IMG/VR virus record: IMGVR_UViG_2788500220_000008
Span: 1 to 64,000 of that record
Length of the DNA stretch: 64,000 nucleotides
Direction: 5' to 3' (one strand)
Source of the DNA: an uncultured virus (IMG/VR IMGVR_UViG_2788500220_000008)
Taxonomy: Duplodnaviria; Heunggongvirae; Uroviricota; Caudoviricetes
Shown here: positions 56,329-64,000 of the stretch, one piece after another
Position numbering within the stretch: position 1 is the stretch's first letter
Layout of the letters: every line of letters begins with the position of its first letter
The notes under the pieces: generated by a model
The model's input: only the letters and a program-made list of their open reading frames with translations
The model's database searches: none
What the model was told of the DNA's origin: nothing
Made by a program: the position numbers and the translations under genes

Positions 56329-58377
56329 TTATTCTGAAGAGTGGTATAGTATCGCGGACGGATATTGCTCCAACTCGTGGCTGGCGGATATATCAAGAAC
56401 GTCTTTTATAGACGAAAGTTTCTCTAGTTCTTCTATATTTTTAATGCATGTATCTACAGACGACTCCCAGTCTTTCTTTTCTTTTGAGCAGACAACTGCT
56501 TCGATGAATGTGTCAACCATTTGGTTTTGAGCCTTATTCAATCGTTTTACTGAAAACTGTTTCTTTATACCTTTAGTTGCGTGCGCGCGTAAAGATTCTA
56601 TTTTGTATACCGTTTCTTGAATATTCTTTCTGCTATAAGAGGCCTTGCCTGCCTGAGGCCCGGTAGTGCCTGAAGGCCTTCCGTTCTGATTGGGGGTTTT
56701 CTTTTGGGCTGGGGGTTTTTTTGTAGGAGCAGCGGGAGCAGGCTTGGAATCGATAGCTTTCTCTTTAATATCCCTTTCCTCTTGTGCTCCCGGGGCTTCC
56801 ACGGCAGGGACTCCGCCAACAAGAGGATTCCAATACCCCTTTTCTCTCTGCTCTGCGTAAAGCTCTTGGGCGGGCGCAAGGTCCGCTGGGCTTGGGTAAA
56901 TCCCTGTCTTGATGACATCTACGCCTTGCTCCGGAGTTAGTATTCCGATCTCAATTAGGCGAGTGGCGACTCTTTGCAGCTGAACCTCATCCTTGATATC
57001 GAGCTCCTCAAAGCGGGCTGCAGGAAACTTCCTGAATCCCAAATTTCTGCAAATGAGTTTTATTTGAGGCTGAATAAAGTCATGAATAAATGCATGCCTC
57101 GCTTCTTTTAGCCTTTCTAGGAATATCTGAGCTTTAACTTGGGTGTTGGCGAACTTCTCATTTCCGACAACTACATTTTGCAAGCCTTCTCGAATATCGT
57201 TATTGACTATCTCGTATTTGTCTGGCCCAATAATCTTAGAAATATCGGGAATAATAAATTCAGCGTCAGTAGTGTAGTCGCTGACCAGAACTCTTCCCAC
57301 GCTCTCATTTTGGAAAAGCGCTTGCATCGCCTGAAGATTGTTCGCATTAATCCCACCCTTATCGGGTTCAGCGCCCATAGTAATAAGGAGAATTACATTT
57401 TCTATAGTTCTACTTACCGCTTGATCTATCTTCTTTAACTCAAGCTTCCAGTTGATATCGTCCAGAACTGGATAGCCGAATGGAACCGCAAAAGGCTCAT
57501 AGTCTTGTTTTTTATAGAAGCTATATGAGAGCTTTTCCGGCTCTAAGTCTATATAGATTCCCACGTCAAGGAATGTTCCCTTCTTAATCTCTCCTCTTTT
57601 CTTTTTCGGAAGCGCATCAAATATAGCCTTATCCTCCTCGGTAGATGGATTCCTCAGCTTCTCTAAGTCGTATTTTGATAGCAGTTTTTTATAATTTGCC
57701 GAAGAGAAGGACGTTTTGGTGTCCATGGCGACATCATAAGGATTCAGTAATACATACTTTATTGGAATATGATTAGCTTTTAATTTCCCCGCCTCTCCGT
57801 ATACTTTTGTAAGTTTTGCAAAGTCCTTGGTGCTGAATTTTCCGTCTATTCTATATAGAAAGATATTCCCCGTTTTATAGTATTCCCTAAAATATTGATC
57901 TTTCAACCCCCACAGGTTAATCTTTTCAAACCACTTGTATACAAAGTTTCTTGCCTTTTCGGAACCTCCTTCCAGCTTAAGCTCGGAATTAGTAAGTTCA
58001 GACATAATATCGATAGCATTCTTAAAAATAGCAATGTTTGCATAGGCTTTTTGGCATAAATCTATAGTGTCTCGAATGTTAATGCCGTCAGATCCGTACT
58101 CGTAGGGAAGCATGCCTCCACGAATATTTGCATATCTCTTATCCTTATCTTGAAACGATATAGCATTCCTGCGCCCTAATGTCCGTGTCCCTTCTCCGGT
58201 CTTTCGAGTATAAGCGGTCGAGCCTGCCTCCGTATAGTAAGGTTGACCCGCTGATTGAGGCTCCGTCAATCCGCCATCAGGCTTAAAAAAATCCTCGATA
58301 GGCTTTGCACCATGACCCTTGTCTTGGTCGAATTTGCTCCAGTAGTCAGACTTCTTTGTATATTTTCTCTTTGCCAT
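56329..58377 (-). CDS. Portal protein
   Basis: 682 aa immediately after the terminase; AYANIAIFKNAIDIMSEL, REYYKTGNIFLY, KKQDYEPFAVPFGYPVL, helical core, Pro/Lys-rich tail. Confidence 0.82.
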   Translation of the reverse strand: MAKRKYTKKSDYWSKFDQDKGHGAKPIEDFFKPDGGLTEPQSAGQPYYTEAGSTAYTRKTGEGTRTLGRRNAISFQDKDKRYANIRGGMLPYEYGSDGINIRDTIDLCQKAYANIAIFKNAIDIMSELTNSELKLEGGSEKARNFVYKWFEKINLWGLKDQYFREYYKTGNIFLYRIDGKFSTKDFAKLTKVYGEAGKLKANHIPIKYVLLNPYDVAMDTKTSFSSANYKKLLSKYDLEKLRNPSTEEDKAIFDALPKKKRGEIKKGTFLDVGIYIDLEPEKLSYSFYKKQDYEPFAVPFGYPVLDDINWKLELKKIDQAVSRTIENVILLITMGAEPDKGGINANNLQAMQALFQNESVGRVLVSDYTTDAEFIIPDISKIIGPDKYEIVNNDIREGLQNVVVGNEKFANTQVKAQIFLERLKEARHAFIHDFIQPQIKLICRNLGFRKFPAARFEELDIKDEVQLQRVATRLIEIGILTPEQGVDVIKTGIYPSPADLAPAQELYAEQREKGYWNPLVGGVPAVEAPGAQEERDIKEKAIDSKPAPAAPTKKPPAQKKTPNQNGRPSGTTGPQAGKASYSRKNIQETVYKIESLRAHATKGIKKQFSVKRLNKAQNQMVDTFIEAVVCSKEKKDWESSVDTCIKNIEELEKLSSIKDVLDISASHELEQYPSAILYHSSE

Positions 58378-58383
58378 CGTGAG

Positions 58384-58394
58384 ATATTATACAC
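58384..58394 (-). promoter_or_regulatory. Putative phage late promoter for portal
   Basis: Minus strand ACTTTCGTGTATAATATCT ahead of ATG 58377. Confidence 0.65.
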
Positions 58395-58435
58395 GAAAGT
58401 CAAAGCAAAGTCAAAGTAAAGTTTAAAGTTGACTT

Positions 58436-60313
58436 TTAATTTACGAACATAGGGGTGAAGGTCACTTGCACTTCTTCCGTCTCAACGTGGAGCATGTCGT
58501 AGTAAACTTTTGTCATCCAATTCCCTAGTACAAGGGCGGAGTATAAGTCCTTTCTCGCTTTATCCGGGCCGGTCTGGCGCCTGAGCTCTAGGGGCATGTC
58601 AAATGTCTGCGTGCCCTGAGGAGAGGTGGAAATCTGGATTAATGCGCATTCCGCTTTTGTCAGGTTAATCATGTCTGCTTGATGCTCTATGAAATCAATC
58701 ATCTTTGCTGAGGCGGATTGTTTGTCTACATCGGCGTGCATCGAAAACTTCAACTTATCAATGGGAATCTTTTTCTTTCTTTGAGAGTGGTAGGACTCAT
58801 CTACAGCTCTTCCTGCAAAAAGAATTCTCTTGTGGTCAAAGTTAGCTTGCAGGAGTTCATTTGCCCTTCTGATCCATCCNCTGGAAGGTTTTTGCAAGTA
58901 ACAAATCCGCTTGTCTTGTAAATTGTATTGCCTTTTTGCTTCTTTTAGTACGGCTGGATAATCTAAGACATTCGTAAAGTCCACATCCTTAATCTGCCGA
59001 ATTTTAAGGTTGTCTTTCTTGAAAATAGAACTTTCATTCGCAGCGCTAAGGAACTGGACGCCTCCATTATAGTCTCCAACGATAGAAACTATATTAAAAT
59101 TATTCAATAGATAATGAAAGTATTTAATATGCTCCCGCAGTGTTGTGCCGGGGAGCGCATATCCATGAACAAATGTAGCCATTCTCTTTTCGTCGTCCAG
59201 CTTGAATACCTGCATAGCGAAATCGTCCGAGCTCTCTGATTCTGCCCAGCTAGGATCAAAGGATAAAAGATATTTAGCAGAGGGGTCTCCCTTTACTTCT
59301 ACATGAGCGCCTTCTCCGTCCATTAATGTACACGCTGCCATCGTAGAGGTTTTGAAGTATCCTGAGCTGTCGTCAGTAAAAATCGCTCCGAACTCTCTGT
59401 CGAATTGACTTTGACTCATGCTTGACTTTGCTTGTTTTATCAAATTTTGGTCATAGAGCAGCTTAGGGGCACAATCATAACTAAATTTCATAATTGCTCT
59501 TTTAGCTTCCGTAGGATCTTCAGTCGAGCTATTAATCAATCTATCAAACTGCTCATATAACTTATACATATACTCAAATTTATAGCACGCAGAAGATAGC
59601 ATAATAAGCTTATTGTTGGGCCAAACATGCTTTTCAGAGGGGTCCATCTTCCCCATCTTTATCAACTCCTCTTCCGCCCTATCTAGATCCTCTCTTTCCG
59701 TGGGGTTTTCAACAACAGACAAAAACGGAACGATTACCTCGTTATAAATCCTTTNGGGCATCAAGGCGAACTCATCAATGATAATTCTATGAAACCTAAA
59801 ACCCCGGAGTTTGTCTCCATCCCCAAGGGGCAAAGCACGGATTCTAGACGTCCCGATTTCCATTAGCCATTCGTCATTACTTTTGGTCTTTTTAGTAATG
59901 CATTGGGCGAGATAGCCAGCTTCGGGCTTTGCTGCGATGTCTTCGATCTTTTTAAAAATCATCTTAGCCTGCCTGAAGGACTTTGAAAGTATTCCAATCT
60001 CTACCCCCTGATTTAATATAGCGTCAAGAAAGGCAAAAATGCCAGTGGTGAACGATTTTGACATTCCCCGAGACCAGACCCCCATAAAGTAATCAGTCTC
60101 GAACATGCTCTTGATGGCGAGATGCTGGAAAGGAAAAAGCTTAACCCCAGACACCAGATCAGAAGTAAATGTTATATTGCTTCTTAAAAACTTATACAAC
60201 TCAATCTTAGCCTCATTCTCATCCAGATAGCCTTCTAGCTGCATCAACTCCTTATTTAATTGCTCGGATCCCTTTGTGCAGGAAACCGATTTACCACCAG
60301 CTTCCCAAGTCAT
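58436..60313 (-). CDS. terL: Terminase large subunit
   Basis: LFPFQ adenine-binding motif, Walker A-like SRGMSKS, LRGFR, Walker B IIIDEF, FDREFGAIF, RNase H-like nuclease LSFDPS..SDDFA and KDLYSAL. Confidence 0.93.
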   Translation of the reverse strand: MTWEAGGKSVSCTKGSEQLNKELMQLEGYLDENEAKIELYKFLRSNITFTSDLVSGVKLFPFQHLAIKSMFETDYFMGVWSRGMSKSFTTGIFAFLDAILNQGVEIGILSKSFRQAKMIFKKIEDIAAKPEAGYLAQCITKKTKSNDEWLMEIGTSRIRALPLGDGDKLRGFRFHRIIIDEFALMPXRIYNEVIVPFLSVVENPTEREDLDRAEEELIKMGKMDPSEKHVWPNNKLIMLSSACYKFEYMYKLYEQFDRLINSSTEDPTEAKRAIMKFSYDCAPKLLYDQNLIKQAKSSMSQSQFDREFGAIFTDDSSGYFKTSTMAACTLMDGEGAHVEVKGDPSAKYLLSFDPSWAESESSDDFAMQVFKLDDEKRMATFVHGYALPGTTLREHIKYFHYLLNNFNIVSIVGDYNGGVQFLSAANESSIFKKDNLKIRQIKDVDFTNVLDYPAVLKEAKRQYNLQDKRICYLQKPSXGWIRRANELLQANFDHKRILFAGRAVDESYHSQRKKKIPIDKLKFSMHADVDKQSASAKMIDFIEHQADMINLTKAECALIQISTSPQGTQTFDMPLELRRQTGPDKARKDLYSALVLGNWMTKVYYDMLHVETEEVQVTFTPMFVN

Positions 60314-60948
60314 TCTGTAGCCTCCAATTTTGTGAAGAATCCTACTCCTCCAACTCCCTCGCAGATCGTCTCTAGTTTATCCCTCAAGAAATCTTCGCAA
60401 GCTTTTTTTGCACCCGGAAGCTTTTCCCAGCCAAAGTCATGCACGCACACAACCGCCCCCTTACTTAATTTATGATAAATTTTATGAAAAGAATCAGTTA
60501 TTGATTGGTAGAAATCGCCATCGAAGAAAGCAAAGGAAATATTGTCTGGATATTTCCCGTTATCTATCTCAGAAAACCAGCCGCTGTTGATGGTGGGCAC
60601 TTCTAATTGAAAGCGCTCAAATACCCTTAGAAATTGATCTTTAGAGCATCTGCACGACCCCTCGGTATACTGCTCGATGCTAAAATCGTCTTCTTCCCTT
60701 TTTTTTGGGAGCCCCTCAAAGGAGTCATAAACGTGAAATTTTTTTTCCTTCTTATGTACATCCAGCATTTTCCTAATAAAAACAGATGTCGTACCAATAT
60801 TGCACCCTAACTCAACGACGTCTCCTGCTATGTCGTCCACCAGTGTCTTTTCGAGAGAATCCAATATGAACTCAATATGGCGGGGCGTTACCATAGGAGA
60901 GATTATAGGAGTCGTCTGCAATAACCAATCTGAAGTTTTTACTTCCAT
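60310..60948 (-). CDS. TylF/MycF/NovP-family O-methyltransferase
   Basis: GDVVELGCNIG, YDSFEGLP, GWFSE, FAFFDGDFYQS, GAVVCVHDF, LPGAKKACEDF. Confidence 0.88.
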   Translation of the reverse strand: MEVKTSDWLLQTTPIISPMVTPRHIEFILDSLEKTLVDDIAGDVVELGCNIGTTSVFIRKMLDVHKKEKKFHVYDSFEGLPKKREEDDFSIEQYTEGSCRCSKDQFLRVFERFQLEVPTINSGWFSEIDNGKYPDNISFAFFDGDFYQSITDSFHKIYHKLSKGAVVCVHDFGWEKLPGAKKACEDFLRDKLETICEGVGGVGFFTKLEATE

Positions 60949-61868
60949 TTTTTTGCCTCAATATAATGCTGGAGATCTACGCCCCACACCTTGTCTTGAT
61001 AAAACAATATTCGACGGATAAGGTTTTCCGAGTTTTCTCTGTTTCCCGTAAATACGAATTGGCAGCGATCTGCAAATTCATGCATTAGGTCTATCATATT
61101 ATGCCAGAGATATTCGAGATTACTTTTGTGCTGCCATCGTTGGTTATTGTGCTTATATATATTCTGTATACTGCTTTCTGTAACAACGAATAAGTATCCA
61201 TTTATATCTACTGCTCTGTTGATTTCCTTTTTGAATCTATCTAAATTCTTTTTGACGGTCAAAGTACTCTTGAAATCGCTCTCGCTTTTCCTGTCGACGA
61301 AAGTTAGGGTGTCTTCGTCTGGCAGAGCATAGTCACCTATGTCTAGCTTCTTGACATGAGAAGCAGGGAAAGTTAGGGGGAGCTTCTCCCTAGTATCTAT
61401 TACAATATCCAGATCCTCGGGAAGGTCAATTTCGAAAAAATCATCTGGAAGACGTTCAGAAAAAAGCGGGGAGACATTAGTCAAATCGCAAACTGCGCTA
61501 TAGCTCCCATAGTGCTTTTGGTATTCTTCAATCTCAGGAAGCATGCGAAGCTTGAGCTCCAAATGGCTTGGTCCACGAGACCAACCCTTCTCCTCGACTC
61601 TCCTCCGTAATAGCTTTAATATATAAGACTTTACCGTCTCGTCCGGGTTTACTTTGCACCACTTCTTTAGTTGAGTGCGAGTGGTAAAATCCCTTGAGAA
61701 GTAGTCTTTTTTATTCTTGTAGGGAAGAAGGTCGCCAGTCAACAAGTTGTACCTTGGGTGAAATGTAGTATAATATTCTGCCAGCGTCACGGAGTGAATC
61801 TTGACATGCTTCGTCAGTGCGACGTCGGAGTCGCATTGCTCCTTGCATATTTTGCATTGAAAATCCAT
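60939..61868 (-). CDS. C2H2 zinc finger + ERCC4 (XPF/Mus81-like) nuclease domain protein
   Basis: CKIC-x12-HVKIH at the N-terminus; IVIDTREKLPL..KLDIGDY..VDRKS.SDF..RFKKEI.RA at the C-terminus. Confidence 0.8.
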   Translation of the reverse strand: MDFQCKICKEQCDSDVALTKHVKIHSVTLAEYYTTFHPRYNLLTGDLLPYKNKKDYFSRDFTTRTQLKKWCKVNPDETVKSYILKLLRRRVEEKGWSRGPSHLELKLRMLPEIEEYQKHYGSYSAVCDLTNVSPLFSERLPDDFFEIDLPEDLDIVIDTREKLPLTFPASHVKKLDIGDYALPDEDTLTFVDRKSESDFKSTLTVKKNLDRFKKEINRAVDINGYLFVVTESSIQNIYKHNNQRWQHKSNLEYLWHNMIDLMHEFADRCQFVFTGNRENSENLIRRILFYQDKVWGVDLQHYIEAKKWK

Positions 61869-62914
61869 CAGACTGCATCGTTTTTAGTAATCCCCAAGAC
61901 TCGGGCTTTCCACTCTGGCATGTTCTCTAGTTCCTCAACCTCTTCTTCGACAGCCTTACGCTGAAGCTCGGCGATTTTAATCATAATCTTCNGTTCCTCC
62001 TCAGACTGGAACAGCTGGACTAAATTCAATAAACTAGCATTTTGTTTCTGCTTGGCGAGAATTCTCTTGGATCGATCACCCTGAAGCTTCTGGATGAGAG
62101 ATTCCATTCTTTTCTCGCATTGATTATACTCTTCACTCTTTGTTTTTAATAGTTCAGCCAAGCGGACGGTCATCTCTTGCTGAGTTTCCGCATCGTCAAA
62201 CATTGTATTCAACTTGTCCATAGCCTTTGAGATATGCTTCAAGTTTATGTATTCCATACATACGTTAATGTATAGATTTATTTCGTCTGACGTCAAGTCT
62301 GGCTTATCCCATGTAGCCCTGATAAACTCAGACTCGAACAGCTCTCGGTCCAAATCGCTAGAGTAGCCATTTACAACTTGCACAAAGCGGGGAGACTGGA
62401 GGAAGTTCATCAACTGCTCCACGCACATTCTTTGCTGGATATTAATCTCTTCCTGCTCAAGAGAAACCCCTGCGCAGATATTTATCTTTGCAAGGACCCC
62501 CTGAAAAGCCTTTACCGGGATATACTTCTTTGATTTCTCCTTATCATCCAGTCTATCTTTATTAGCTTCTTTTACATAAGCAGCAACAACTAATGAGGCT
62601 TTACTCAGTGGAGTGATTTCCTGATCAGGATAAAGCATTGTAGCTATTTGATAAGAATTCAAACCCTCCTCGGAGTATGTATTTATAATAGCTTTATCAT
62701 CTTTTGTTAATTCTATATCCTCTACAGGCTCAATTTTACTTGTTTTATATTCAAGGTCTTGAGAAAGCATGTATTCTCTAACTGCGCGACCTTCCTTTGT
62801 TCGCCCATCAAGAAAGGGGTCATCAAAAACCTTCTGAGTCATTTCGCTTAATTCAGGATACTTGTCAATATTATCCTTAATAAACTTCTTTTGATCTTCG
62901 GTTAAGTCGCTCAT
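61868..62914 (-). CDS. Hypothetical helical protein (HTH-like N-terminus, coiled-coil C-terminus); small terminase candidate
   Basis: 348-aa ORF with ATGA/TGATG overlaps to both neighbours; EGLNSYQIATMLY HTH-like segment. Function inferred only from its position upstream of terL. Confidence 0.4.
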   Translation of the reverse strand: MSDLTEDQKKFIKDNIDKYPELSEMTQKVFDDPFLDGRTKEGRAVREYMLSQDLEYKTSKIEPVEDIELTKDDKAIINTYSEEGLNSYQIATMLYPDQEITPLSKASLVVAAYVKEANKDRLDDKEKSKKYIPVKAFQGVLAKINICAGVSLEQEEINIQQRMCVEQLMNFLQSPRFVQVVNGYSSDLDRELFESEFIRATWDKPDLTSDEINLYINVCMEYINLKHISKAMDKLNTMFDDAETQQEMTVRLAELLKTKSEEYNQCEKRMESLIQKLQGDRSKRILAKQKQNASLLNLVQLFQSEEEXKIMIKIAELQRKAVEEEVEELENMPEWKARVLGITKNDAV

Positions 62915-63639
62915 ATGATAATATCCTGCGTTTCCAATATTCTGGCGGCTTTTTTAGTAAATAGTTTTTTTAAGTTTTTTATTTGTTTGTATCCTGCCTT
63001 TCTTCCCTTTTCCGTCGTCTTGAATCCTAGGATCTTTGCGACATCTTCTTCGCTCTTATGCTGAACGAATAATAAATCATAAACCAAAAACTGCCTATCC
63101 GTCAAAGCTTCTTTCATTGCTCGGTTTAATCTNTCTCTTGCAATTTCTACATCATAAAAGCTTTCTTCAATCCTATGTACTTCATAGGTGTGATGCTCCA
63201 ATGCCACAGGCATTTTAATATCATAAGCATATTTTTTTGTCTTTTCCCATTTTGCGAATAAAGGGCATTCTGAATCTTGCAATCCACTTGAAGTAAATCC
63301 ACACAAACTATCGACTGCGCCGGAATTCTCCTTTGTGGGAGCGGCTTGGTTGAATGGGCAACTCAAACAGGGGCGAACAAAGTTGCTATAATAGTTTCTC
63401 AGTATATTTTTTAACTGATTAGTAATGATTTTATTGATCCACGGAAGTAGCGGCCTTGATTGATCCCATTGATCCCACTTATTGAATATGTGCGAACGTA
63501 TAATTTGCGACACATCGTCATAATCAATCCAAGCAAGTGAGGTTAGCGACCACTTTCCTCTTCGCTTTTTAATCTCCCGATCTATAATCGGGAACAACTC
63601 CTCGTAAGGAGCGNCTTCTCCTTTTTCTTGTTTAGCCAA
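62911..63639 (-). CDS. Phage sigma-70-like transcription factor with Cys-rich insert
   Basis: Region-2-like DYDDVSQII..KWDQWD..PWINKIITNQLKNILR; region-4-like LTDRQFLVYDLLFVQHKSEEDVAKILG; CxxC..C..C insert. TTG 63639 overlaps the upstream stop; the ORF track start is 63672. Confidence 0.75.
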   Translation of the reverse strand: MAKQEKGEXAPYEELFPIIDREIKKRRGKWSLTSLAWIDYDDVSQIIRSHIFNKWDQWDQSRPLLPWINKIITNQLKNILRNYYSNFVRPCLSCPFNQAAPTKENSGAVDSLCGFTSSGLQDSECPLFAKWEKTKKYAYDIKMPVALEHHTYEVHRIEESFYDVEIARXRLNRAMKEALTDRQFLVYDLLFVQHKSEEDVAKILGFKTTEKGRKAGYKQIKNLKKLFTKKAARILETQDIII

Positions 63640-63964
63640 TGTCGGTGCTCTCTCTTGCAGGCTTACATTCATCTAAAGCTCGCTGCATAGGATCACCGTC
63701 GTACTGCTTTCTTGGAATTGAAGGCAAGCCGCTTTTCCGCTCTTTCATAATGTCATTCATAGATTTGGGCCCAGATGCATAAGAGACCTCGTAATCTATC
63801 TTCATTTTTTTNGGAATTCTTGCTACAGACTCTTCGGATGCCCCAATATCCTTGGGATCCTCTCTTCCTCCGTCTAGCGACTCCCCGCAAGACGAGCAAA
63901 ATTTTGGCGGACTATTTAATGAGTAAACGATTGATGACCCACAATTTGTGCAGAACTTATTCAT
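63632..63964 (-). CDS. Zinc-ribbon protein
   Basis: FCTNCG..PPKFCSSCGESL double CxxC. Confidence 0.7.
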   Translation of the reverse strand: MNKFCTNCGSSIVYSLNSPPKFCSSCGESLDGGREDPKDIGASEESVARIXKKMKIDYEVSYASGPKSMNDIMKERKSGLPSIPRKQYDGDPMQRALDECKPARESTDIG

Positions 63965-64000
63965 TAATTTATTTTAAAAGATTTTAATTAAAATTCAATT

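Noticed and set aside
1..64000. Genome-wide TAG reassignment (genetic code 15) to explain the amber at 24930
   Set aside because: Very long ORFs are intact under the standard code with no other internal TAG, and TAG is used as a normal stop just before the next gene (15006, 31776, 43989, 50218, MCP at 52793).
1..64000. tRNA, rRNA or structured ncRNA genes
   Set aside because: Intergenic gaps are nearly all under ~110 bp and I saw no cloverleaf or rRNA-like sequence; a tRNAscan-SE/Infernal run would be needed to exclude them formally.

Overview
The window is a 64 kb piece of a large tailed bacteriophage genome (siphovirus-like, lambda M-L-K-I-J type tail tip, no sheath or baseplate wedge seen). 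It has two convergent structural modules. The plus strand (1-51743) carries a giant tape-measure gene of at least 5001 codons that starts before the window. It is followed by two tail-tube-like proteins with inserted sugar-binding domains, a PKD-repeat protein, and gpM-, gpL-, gpK-, two gpI- and gpJ-like tail tip genes, mostly inflated by domain insertions. After these come a TG/SG-repeat protein, fibre proteins, a glycan-modifying cluster (2x DUF2827-like, sulfotransferase-GT34-GT34 fusion), a coiled-coil repeat fibre and a J-domain protein. The minus strand (51721-63964, read from the right) carries a Zn-ribbon protein, a sigma-70-like factor, an unknown protein, a ZnF-ERCC4 nuclease, a TylF methyltransferase, large terminase, portal, protease/scaffold, decoration protein, major capsid protein and two head-completion candidates. 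The most notable signals are: (1) the tape measure protein holds a string of unrelated, basic cargo cassettes, each bounded by a repeated G-x-IPNFA motif, suggesting an injected, processed polyprotein; (2) a single in-frame TAG splits the gpM-like gene directly before a circularly permuted C-type lectin; (3) a GTGTA+AT-rich promoter motif recurs before structural genes, close to a phage sigma factor; (4) a glycosyl/sulfo/methyltransferase set sits next to an extremely (S/T)G-rich virion protein. All family assignments come from motif recognition by eye, not database searches.
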